A stretch of 64,000 nt of DNA. Source: Guillardia theta CCMP2712. Its lineage: Eukaryota > Protista > Cryptophyta. Numbering within the stretch: position 1 is the stretch's first letter; every line of letters begins with the position of its first letter. The stretch is taken from NCBI RefSeq assembly GCF_000315625.1, contig NW_005434672.1:426006-490005 (forward strand), in the 5' to 3' direction. The translations under genes were made by a program, and so were the position numbers. The notes beneath the pieces were generated by a model. That model saw only the letters and a list, made by a program, of their open reading frames with translations, had not been told where the DNA came from and ran no database searches. Shown here piece by piece: positions 12,915 through 23,693 of the stretch.

Positions 12915-15900
12915 TTACCACCAACGATTCACACCACAAATCACCGAGGCTCCCAAGTGCACCTCCTTGCTGCCTGGGTGCAGCTCCATAGCCTTGAGGA
13001 TTGCTTCCATCCCACCGAGCCTCGCTATCTTGACCTTGTTGTCGTCATTGACGGCGAGCTTCAGTTAGTGCCCAGCAGCCCTGCTCTTGCACCTCCTTGC
13101 TGCCTGGGTGCAGCTCCATAGCCTTGAGGATTGCTTCCATCCCACCGAGCCTCGCTATCTTGACCATGTTGTCGGCATTGACGGCGAGGTTCAGTAGTGC
13201 CCCGCAGCCCTGCTCTTGCACCTCCTTGCTGCCTGGGTGCAGCTCCATAGCCTTGAGGATTGCTTCCATCCCACCGAGCCTCGCTATCTTGACCATGTTG
13301 TCGTCATTGCCAGCGAGCTTCAGCAGTGCCCCGCAGCCCTGCTCTTGCATCTCCTTGCTGCCTGGGTGCAGCTCCATAGCCTTGAGGATTGCTTCCATCC
13401 CACCGAGCCTCGCTATCTTGACCATGTTGTCGGCATTGCCAGCGAGGTTCAGTAGTGCCCCGCAGCCCTGCTCTTGCACCTCCTTGCTGCCTGGGTGCAG
13501 CTCCATAGCCTTGAGGATTGCTTCCATCCCACCGAGCCTCGCTATCTTGACCATGTTGTCGTCATTGAAGGCGAGGTTCAGTAGTGCCCAGCAGCCCTGC
13601 TCTTGCACCTCCTTGCTGCCTGGGTGCAGCTCCATAGCCTTGAGGATTGCTTCCATCCCACCGAGCCTCGCTATCTTGACCTTGTTGTCGGCATTGAGGG
13701 CAAGGTTCCCCAGTGCCCAGCAGCCCTGCTCTTGCACCTCCTTGCTGCCTGGGTGCAGCTCCATAGCCTTGAGGATTGCTTCCATCCCACCGAGCCTCGC
13801 TATCTTGACCATGTTGTCGTCATTGACGGCGAGCTTCAGTTAGTGCCCAGCAGCCGTGCTGTTGCACCTCCTTGCTGCCTGGGTGCAGCTCCATAGCCTT
13901 GAGGATTGCTTCCATCCCACCGAGCCTCGCTATCTTGACCATGTTGTCGGCATTGAAGGCGAGGTTCAGTAGTGCCCAGCAGCCCTGCTCTTGCACCTCC
14001 TTGCTGCCTGGGTGCAGCTCCATAGCCTTGAGGATTGCTTCCATCCCACCGAGCCTCGCTATCTTGACCATGTTGTCGGCATTGCCAGCGAGGTTCCCCA
14101 GTGCCCCGCAGCCGTGCTCTTGCATCTTCTTGCTGCCTGGGTGCAGCTCCATAGCCTTGAGGATTGCTTCCATCCCACCGAGCCTCGCTATCTTGACCAT
14201 GTTGTCGTCATTGCCAGCGAGGTTCAGCAGTGCCAGCAGCCCTGCTCTTGCACCTCCTTGCTGCCTGGGTGCAGCTCCATAGCCTTGAGGATTGCTTCCA
14301 TCCCACCGAGCCTCGCTATCTTGACCATGTTGTCGGCATTGAAGGCGAGGTTCAGTAGTGCCCAGCAGCCCTGCTCTTGCACCTCCTTGCTGCCTGGGTG
14401 CAGCTCCATAGCCTTGAGGATTGCTTCCATCCCACCGAGCCTCGCTATCTTGACCATGTTGTCGGCATTGAGGGCAAGGTTCAGTAGTGCCCAGCAGCCC
14501 TGCTCTTGCACCTCCTTGCTGCCTGGGTGCAGCTCCATAGCCTTGAGGATTGCTTCCATCCCACCGAGCCTCGCTATCTTGACCTTGTTGTCGTCATTGC
14601 CAGCGAGCTTCCCCAGTGCCCCGCAGCCCTTCTCTTGCACCTCCTTGCTGCCTGGGGCCAGCTCCATAGCCTTGAGGATTGCTTCCATCCCACCGAGCCT
14701 CGCTATCTTGACCATGTTGTCGGCATTGACGGCGAGGTTCAGCAGTGCCCCGCAGCCGTGCTGTTGCACCTCCTTGCTGCCTGGGTGCAGCTCCATAGCC
14801 TTGAGGATTGCTTCCATCCCACCGAGCCTCGCTATCTTGACCATGTTGTCGGCATTGCCAGCGAGGTTCAGCAGCGCCCCGCAGCCCTGCTCTTGCACCT
14901 CCTTGCTGCCTGGGTGCAGCTCCATAGCCTTGAGGATTGCTTCCATCCCACCGAGCTCGCTATCTTGACCATGTGTCGGCATTGCCAGCGAGGTTCCCCA
15001 GTGCCCAGCAGCCGCGCTCTTGCACCTCCTTGCTGCCTGGGTGCAGCTCCATAGCCTTGAGGATTGCTTCCATCCCACCGAGCCTCGCTATCTTGACCAT
15101 GTTGTCGTCATTGCCAGCGAGCTTCCCCAGTGCCCCGCAGCCCTTCTCTTGCACCTCCTTGCTGCCTGGGTGCAGCTCCATAGCCTTGAGGATTGCTTCC
15201 ATCCCACCGAGCCTCGCTATCTTGACCATGTTGTCGGCATTGAAGGCGAGGTTCAGTAGTGCCCAGCAGCCCTGCTCTTGCACCTCCTTGCTGCCTGGGT
15301 GCAGCTCCATAGCCTTGAGGATTGCTTCCATCCCACCGAGCCTCGCTATCTTGACCATGTTGTCGGCATTGACGGCGAGGTTCAGCAGTGCCCCGCAGCC
15401 GTGCTGTTGCACCTCCTTGCTGCCTGGGTGCAGCTCCATAGCCTTGAGGATTGCTTCCATCCCACCGAGCCTGGCTATCTTGACCATGTTGTCGTCATTG
15501 CCAGCGAGGTTCAGCAGCGCCCCGCAGCCGCGCTCTTGCACCTCCTTGCTGCCTGGGTGCAGCTCCATAGCCTTGAGGATTGCTTCCATCCCACCGAGCC
15601 TCGCTATCTTGACCATGTTGTCGGCATTGCCAGCGAGGTTCCCCAGTGCCCCGCAGCCCTGCTCTTGCACCTCCTTGCTGCCTGGGTGCAGCTCCATAGC
15701 CTTGAGGATTGCTTCCATCCCACCGAGCCTCGCTATCTTGACCATGTTGTCGTCATTGCCAGCGAGCTTCAGCAGTGCCCGCAACCCTGCTGTTGCACCT
15801 CCTTGCTGCCTGGGTGCAGCTCCATAGCCTTGAGGAATGCTTCCTTCCCACCGAACCCTGCTATCTTGACCATGTTGTCCGCATTGCCAGCGAGGTTCAG

Positions 15901-18333
15901 TAGTGCCCAGCAGCCCTTCTCTTGCACCTCCTTGCTGCCTGGGTGCAGCTCCATAGCCTTGAGGATTGCTTCCATCCCACCGAGCCTCGCTATCTTGACC
16001 TTGTTGTCGGCATTGAGGGCAAGGTTCAGTAGTGCCCAGCAGCCGTGCTCTTGCACCTCCTTGCTGCCTGGGTGCAGCTCCATAGCCTTGAGGATTGCTT
16101 CCATCCCACCGAGCCTCGCTATCTTGACCATGTTGTCGTCATTGAGGGCAAGGTTCCCCAGTGCCCAGCAGCCGCAAAATTGCACCTCCTTGCTGCCTGG
16201 GTGCAGCTCCATAGCCTTGAGGATTGCTTCCATCCCACCGAGCCTCGCTATCTTGACCATGTTGTCGGCATTGACGGCGAGGTTCAGCAGTGCCCCGCAG
16301 CCGTGCTGTTGCACCTCCTTGCTGCCTGGGTGCAGCTCCATAGCCTTGAGGATTGCTTCCATCCCACCGAGCCTCGCTATCTTGACCATGTTGTCGTCAT
16401 TGCCAGCGAGCTTCCCCAGTGCCCCGCAGCCCTTCTCTTGCACCTCCTTGCTGCCTGGGTGCAGCTCCATAGCCTTGAGGATTGCTTCCATCCCACCGAG
16501 CCTCGCTATCTTGACCTTGTTGTCGTCACTGCCAGCGATGAACAGTAGTGCCCCGCAGCCCTGCTCTTGCACCTCCTTGCTGCCTGGGTGCAGCTCCATA
16601 GCCTTGAGGATTGCTTCCATCCCACCGAGCCTCGCTATCTTGACCATGTTGTCGTCATTGCCAGCGAGGTTCAGTAGTGCCCCGCAGCCCTGCTCTTGCA
16701 CCTCCTTGCTGCCTGGGTGCAGCTCCATAGCCTTGAGGATTGCTTCCATCCCACCGAGCCTCGCTATCTTGACCTTGTTGTCGTCATTGAAGGCAAGGTT
16801 CCCCAGTGCCCCGCAGCCCTGCTCTTGCACCTCCTTGCTGCCTGGGTGCAGCTCCATAGCCTTGAGGATTGCTTCCATCCCACCGAGCCTCGCTATCTTG
16901 ACCTTGTTGTCGTCATTGCCAGCGAGGTTCAGTAGTGCCCCGCAGCCCTGCTCTTGCACCTCCTTGCTGCCTGGGTGCAGCTCCATAGCCTTGAGGATTG
17001 CTTCCATCCCACCGAGCCTCGCTATCTTGACTTTGTTGTCGGCATTGAGGGCAAGGTTCAGCAGCGCCCCGCAGCCGTGCTCTTGCACCTCCTTGCTGCC
17101 TGGGTGCAGCTCCATAGCCTTGAGGATTGCTTCCATCCCACCGAGCCTCGCTATCTTGACCATGTTGTCGGCATTGACGGCAAGAATTCGCATTGTCTCA
17201 CACCCTTGCTTTTGAATACCTTCATGTTTACGATGCTTTTTCATCTCGTGTACCAGAGCAGCTACGTCGTGGTGGAGTTTTATGGATGCGAACAGGACTG
17301 CTGCTAGAATTATTGCCAAAAAACAAAGTATTGCTGCCGAAAAAGCATTGCTTTTTACAAAGCATTGCTGCCCAGAAAGCCTAGCTGCCAGCCTGGCTAC
17401 CAGCAGGACCAAAACAAACCACAAAGTTTGAGTCCACGATCCCAGCAAAAGCAGATATGACCGGATGCTCAATGGATTCCTCGCTTGTTCAAGCTCGCCC
17501 TCCTCGCCCATGATCTGCTTCAAATGCACCACATCCGGGAACCCGCTTTTCTCAAGCAAAGAGGTTTCCTTCGGATCGATGATATTCTTTGAAGTAGAAA
17601 CTACCTCGAACGTGCTAAGAGGGGGTAGAAGCACTTCATACTCGCTATCGGTACCCTGAAAAAGACTGAAGCTCTCGATCCAGTAGCCATGCAAGACATC
17701 GATTATGAAGATGGTGCGCGGTCCTGCGTTGATCCCGCAGAAGTTCACACGTGTCATCACCTGTGGCTCCTTACTTGTGGATTTGTACTCATACCACATC
17801 AGTTTTCGCCCTGTCTTGAAATGGCTGGTCGGATTGTGATGGTCTGGCGAGGGATAGACCCACTTGACTCCCCGTCGAGCTTCACCCTTGTACTTGAACC
17901 TTTGGGGCAACGCTCTCAGGGCCTCTCGTAAAAACTTGATGTAGGGCAGACACGCACCAAGTGCCGGTGAGATACTGCGACCACCTCCCACCTGGCGACG
18001 ATCACGGTTGAACATCTCACGGTTGATGATTGCAAAGACCGGAGGGTCACTCAGCGTGTATACGTGGATGCACACGGCAAAGTCGATGCGGTAAGATTGG
18101 GGCAGGTTGAAGTGTTGCGGGTCGTGAAGCACCTCCTGCCACTCAGAGCTCTTGGACTTCACCACAAACGTCAAGATGTCCATGTCGATCTCAGGAAAGC
18201 GCTCCAGAGGTTGTACAGCATCCAAGAGCGTGGCAGGAAGCTCAGTCTCTTCCATCGCCTTCGACAGGGATCGCATCCAGCCATAGTCAATGCTTGGCGC
18301 CCCGTCGGATTCTGCGAAGTCAGGCGTGGCCAT
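12915..18333 (-). CDS. Mono-ADP-ribosyltransferase (R-S-E class) - hydrophobic hairpin - ~33 hypervariable armadillo repeats; array carries frameshifts (real or assembly error)
   Basis: ART motifs: IHVYT, RRGV, KSTS, SEYEVLLPPLSTFEV. Two hydrophobic stretches at ~17270-17460. Then 43-aa ARM units EVQxxGCxALxxLAxNxDNxVKIARLGGMEAILKAMELHPGSK. Single-base indels at ~15780, ~14975, ~14957, ~14233, ~13840 and ~13065. Confidence 0.88.
12957..17215 (-). repeat. Coding tandem array of ~33 x 129-bp units
   Basis: Constant block (gcctcgctatcttgacc...gctccatagccttgaggattgcttccatcccacc) recurs every 129 bp. For example, equivalent positions 13061 and 13836 are 775 bp apart = 6 units + 1 inserted base. 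Confidence 0.97.
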
Positions 18334-18962
18334 CGTTTCCTGTCGCAAAGAATCACGTCTGTCAGATGGTGCAGGGTGTTGAGCTGACAGCTGCTACCTT
18401 GTATCATGCGCATAGCCACCGAGCAGCAAGCGGCATCAGCTTGCTCTCAAGATACTTGAACCAGAATCTCACAAGCCGCGTCAGAATCTCAGCACCAACA
18501 ATCACAAGAGAACGATCGAAACATTCCACAGTAACCAGCTTCAAAAGAGTCTCAACACTTAGCTCGTCATCGAAACTATCCAAAAGACCCAAGAAAAATC
18601 TCAATACTCTTGTAGGATCATATTTCCCAATCATATTCAAACTATCATATTCGAACTCCCAACGCTCATTTCAACAAGATCAACAAGATCAACATAAAAA
18701 TTCGCACGATCATGTACTCCAAGACTCTTGAGAAAGACAACATCCTCCTCATACTTGTAAGTAGACTACTACCTCCGAGGCTTCACTCCGCATCAACCAG
18801 GCCATGGATGCAGTGCGCTGGCGTCTTATCCACCAAAAAGCACCGCAACTGACTCGACTACCGGTGTATTGGATACATCCGATAAAAACTACCCCACCCC
18901 TAAAGAGTCAATCGACCCTTCAACTACAACCCCGACAACTCGACCACCCATGCTTGGGTGGT

Positions 18963-19126
18963 CCAAAACTGGGCATGTGCGGGCTGTATGAGGAGCTTAC
19001 AAATTCAATGTGACGGATTCCGTCGGGATCAACGGTTTGTAAGCTCCTCATACGGACGGACCAAAACTGGGCATGTGCGGGCTGTATGAGGGGCTTGCAA
19101 ACCGTAGATCCCGACGGAATCCGTCA
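18963..19126. repeat. Nested direct + inverted repeat (fold-back) structure
   Basis: 30-bp direct repeat ccaaaactgggcatgtgcgggctgtatgag at 18963 and 19061. 43-bp inverted repeat 19011-19053 vs 19084-19126 (3 mismatches). 18986-19003 also pairs with 19036-19053. Confidence 0.9.
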
Positions 19127-19599
19127 ATTAATTTTTATGGCGCAATCCCTATATATCTGTTGCTGTCCTTTTAGGGTTATAGGGTTGCGCGCAGTAATAA
19201 AATTCATAAAAGTAGTTATTAAGCACGCAACTTGATATAGTTATATAATGTACGGGGTACTTTTCCATGCAAAATCAAGGACCGGTAGTATACAAGTTAT
19301 CTAAGATGACGTTCCCGGATACGTGCGTCGAAGATTGCGCTGAAATAATTTGTACCAGGAAAAAGTTAAGTAAAGTATTGTTGGTGTATGCGAACAGTTG
19401 AAAAAAATATCGACAATGATCAAAAAATATCTATAACCTGACTAGCCGCGTGACGCCGGCGGCCCCCCCGCCGCGGCGGCGGGCGGCACGGTGAGTGCCG
19501 CGCCGCGGATCGGCCCGGGACTGCCCCACCGTTCAGTCACGGAGCCTGGCGGAGCCCACTATATCCTATCATTTCGCTCCCTACTAGCGCTGAATCATT

Positions 19600-22500
19600 T
19601 AGCATTCACAAGATTGAAATCACGAATCATTTTCCTTAACTCTGGAGCCGGAGTGCGAAATTCACGCGTAGACAACCAAGAATCATCCGATGATCGGACT
19701 TGTCATATCCGAGGCTTTCCAACGAACCGGGTACTGCACACGATTTCCGACTTTCCCGCGACGAGCCAAAATACGATCGACTTCAAAATACTGTCCATCG
19801 CGTTGAACCAAAGGCAACGGTGGTGGTTCAATTTCATCCAGGGACACATCTCGAAAATAGTAAGGACGACGTTTCGCCACGTTGAAAACTGTTTTCTTCA
19901 TGTGTTGAAAACGCGGTGTAAACTCCAAGCGCACAGAGTTATCTGAAACTTTCTCTTGTATCTTGAAAGGTCCAATGAAACGAATTTTCATCTTGCCCAT
20001 GGACTGCCATGCAACTTCAAATCGCGTGTCGACAACATAACGAAGTCGCACGCTCCAGGCGCAGCAAGTAAAAATCCTAATCGAGAGGCGCACGACGCTG
20101 CCGCTGCTCATGAGACGAAGCAGAAGCATCCTGACGCGTGCGATGCTGTTCATATGTCTGAAGCAACTGACGGAGCGCCGGTGTACGCGAGAGATGGGCA
20201 ACAGGTTCCCAAGTGTCGTCGGCGGAGGAAAATCCCTTCCAACGAACCAGATATTGCTTCGCACCATTACGTTGATCGGATGATTGATGATGCGAGCCAC
20301 TTCGCCGCCGAATCCAGGCACAGCCTGGTTGGGAAACCACAGGCTGTTGCAAATGATCTTTCCGAAGTTCCTGCGCACATGGGGGCGTAGGAACTTGGCA
20401 TTAAAAACATCTTGATCCGAGGCCATCCGAAGTTCGGGTCAGTTCCTGATGACGTCCGTCCAATTCGTCCGGCGTCGTCCCTACCGACTTCCTGCGACGC
20501 TCCAGGAGGAGCTCGCTAAAACGATCGACTTCTTGTTGGCACGTGGCATCATTGAACGGAACAATGATGTCATGTGGCAGAGTCCCGTCATCTTTGTTCG
20601 CAAAGGTCTTTCCTCTGAAGGAGTCCCTCAATTTCGTTTTTGTATTGATTATCGAGGAGCCTGGCAACACAATCACCTCCTCGACGACAGTTTTCCGCCT
20701 AACGGATCGGGCGGGTGCTCTCGCAGCGTACTCAGTCCAGTACGGATACCCTATCATTACTTCAGCAAGCTAGACATGGCCTCTGGGTTCTGGCAGCTGG
20801 CTCTCACTCCTGACAACTCTCAATACACTGGGTTTGTTACTGAACAAGGATCCTACCAATTCCGCGCTCTGCCCTTTGGTCTGAAAACGGCCACACTGAG
20901 CTGTTCTCACAGGGCATTCTCGCAGGTATGGCCAATGTCTTAGTCTACGTCGATGATGTCTTACTCTTCTCCATGGGTAATCCTCGTTCACCGTGGCACC
21001 TACAGCAGGTGCGTCTCCTACTGGAGCGCCTCCGCCACCACCCTGACCAGGTCAGAGTCTTCGTTAAACGGAGCAAGTGTGTGTTTCTTCAGACGCAGAT
21101 CAGTTTTCTCGGATACACTTTGAATGCTCGAGCAGAGACGCGTCTACTTCCTTCTCGCCGCCCGCTTCGCTAGCAAGTTGGTGATTTGGTCTGGATCGAC
21201 GCGCGTTTATTCAATCAGCAGTTTGAAATTCGCAAATTTCGAGATCCGATACATTGCGGAGTCCTTTCCCCGGTGATCACCGAGGTTTGCAACAACAACA
21301 ATTATCGAGCCGGCGTGTTCGCCAGCGCTTCCCTCGCAAGGACAACGTCATACTGCCCCCGCGAGACAGGCCCAGTGGCTGGATTGGTAGTTCGTCTACC
21401 GTTCAGAACATCGGAAAAATCCTCGAGTAGCTCCTGCAAGGCCTGAGCTGCGAGCGGCGAGTCCGACGAGGCGACCTGAGAGACCAACGAACTGGTAGAA
21501 ACAGGCGACTCCGCGAGGAGACGGTCGCCATGACCCAGGGCATCATGATAGTATCCTCAGGTGGAGGAGGCTGACTGAGCGTGTTCCAGTCCGCATGCCA
21601 GGGAAAGATCAACTTTGAACACTGGGCTTGCCGCATAGCCTCGATGTCCAGGGCCACAGTTGTAACAACGGATGGTATTGGTCGATGTGCGTGGGGACGA
21701 GGAGTCTCCCGCACCCCTGGCCGGCGTCCTGCCGAGCAGCACGGCGCTCTTTGAAGGCCGAATCCTGGCCGGGGGCAGAAGGACGACTCTTGCGATCATT
21801 GGAAGTAGAGGAGCGATTGCCCACCAGCCACGGAGTAGAGCTGCCGGTCACTGGGGATCTGCTCCCGTCGAATGGTCTTTGGTTCTGGTCTGATTGTCGA
21901 TCTTGAGCGCGTACTCCCTGAGCTGACGGAACTGAGTCAACATCATCCGAACGCTGTAAAGTCAGGGCCCACTGATTTACTGAGAGTAGAGCAGTCATAT
22001 GCGATCGGACACCATTAATGAACCGTTTGCAGACCCCCCGGACCAGTGAGGACGTCGCAAATAATTTACCATCCGGAAGGAGCTGAAGTTGCTCGATTAA
22101 TGTCACGAATTTCCTCCGAAAACGTGTCACAGTGTCCCAATCCGATGGCATGCGGCGAAAGGTCTCTGGCGGGTACTTGGCCACGAAGTGTTGGCGGACG
22201 GGAGCATCCAGCCTCCGTAAATCGAGGGTATGGACAACCCAATTAGCTCGGGGAATACCATAGACCGCAAAGGAGTACTGAATGGTTTGAACCCATGTCA
22301 GGACATTGTTGGCGCTAGTTTGGCGGGCAGTATCCAACTTGGGGAGATTGCGCAACTTAGCAAGCAATTGAGCGGCTGATCAGCCAGAGAGACCAGCGGA
22401 GGACCGTCACGCGAGGAGATGGGGGGCGGTCCAGGCTTCAAAGCTTGAGAGCGGCGGGCGGGACCGCCGCAGAGGAGGCGGGACCTTCGCCGAGAGCACT

Positions 22501-23400
22501 GAGGCGCTGCTGAACCTCCAACAGCGCGGCAGACATGTTTTGGAAAGACCGATCCTCGGTCGATTCAGGACCGTAAGATCGTCGTCAACGCCGGCAGCAG
22601 ATTGCCAGTCAGTCATGTTCCAAAGTATCCGTAGCATTCTCGTCCAGCATGCGAGCTGCGAGTCGAGTATTGTATCCGGACATCTACGCGACGTCAGCGT
22701 AGAAAGAAGCAAAACAGTGGAGAAAGGGAGGGGAAGAGAGAAGACTCGATCGCTATCACCGATCGCAACCTTGCTACCAATTTATGTCACACCTCGAAGA
22801 TTCTCGAGTGGACCTTCAAGCGCAGTTCAACAAGAACTCACGTTGGATTTCTCTACTAAGAGGGAAAGCGGTGAAACAGAAGGAGATCTAACTCTCTTTT
22901 ATTTCTTTCACACACACACACACACAATCGTGAACACACACGAAAGGGGAAGAGGACCACCTAGCTCTGACGAGTTTCATCCTTTTATAGCTTCGAGGAA
23001 TGAGCCAGGGGTGCCGTCTCTTGGCTACAGAAAGGAGGGGTGTCCTGTCCTTGGAAGTTGACAAGCATCCCTTCTGACCTTCGAGAGGATACCATGCTCT
23101 CTCGCAGGGAAGAGAACCCCGTCCTTGCATGGCAGCAAGCTGCTTCCAACGGGTCGTACTCCACAAGACGCACCCCTTCTGTTTACCTTGTAAGTCCCCC
23201 ACGGGTACACGGTTGCTGCAACAAAGACCTCCACAGGGGTCCTTTCAGCAGCTTCACACTGGAGTAGAGTATCCTGGGTCATCCAGGAGAAGTCAGCTTC
23301 AAACACGAGAACGAGACAGCCAACTGTCCTTTCATCCTGATAGGCCTTTGTCTGACTCGGGCTCGGTTCCTATGAGCTCTGACAAACTTGAAAAGCACAT
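19600..23400 (-). mobile_element. Degenerate Ty3/gypsy chromovirus with internal inversion and deletion
   Basis: Gag-like ORF 21609-22367 (-) with a zinc-knuckle remnant (RCYNCG..H). RT on + at 20449-21130 (PYRLP, WQSPVIFVRK, RFCIDYR, KLDMASGFWQ, LPFGLK, YVDDVL). SH3/GPF and chromodomains on - at 19683-20446 ([18 protein letters not shown]; FEVDRILARR..VQYPVRWK). Confidence 0.9.
22768..22790 (-). other. Putative primer-binding site and 5' LTR boundary of the chromovirus
   Basis: Minus strand reads GTGACA-taaat-TGGTAGCAAGGT: an LTR-like CA end followed by a TGG-starting PBS, upstream of gag. Confidence 0.5.
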
Positions 23401-23474
23401 GTAGGGGCAATAGGCCTTTGTCCTAGCCGACAGCAGTAGCCATAGCTCGTTGTGTCCCAGTAAACGCAGCAGTG

Positions 23475-23693
<219 letters not shown>

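Noticed and set aside
12957-17215. CRISPR-like array (constant block + variable block)
   Set aside because: Period is 129 bp (43 codons) and translates as ARM repeats. The variable parts are alleles of one sequence rather than unique spacers. No cas genes; eukaryotic context.
13097-17215. Long plus-strand ORFs (LPGCSSIALRIASIPP / HLLAAWVQLH repeats)
   Set aside because: Antisense shadows of a repeat unit that happens to lack stops in those frames.
18404-18800. Possible degraded copia RT remnant or upstream exon of the ART gene
   Set aside because: Only a vague FYVD-like resemblance with multiple stops; unsupported.
19169-19186. Interstitial telomere
   Set aside because: Only two imperfect TTAGGG-like units; too short to call on its own.
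12957-21173. Diversity-generating retroelement acting on the ARM array
   Set aside because: The nearby RTs are ordinary gypsy and copia types. Variation is a small recurring allele set, not adenine-specific randomisation, and there is no template-repeat/variable-repeat pair.
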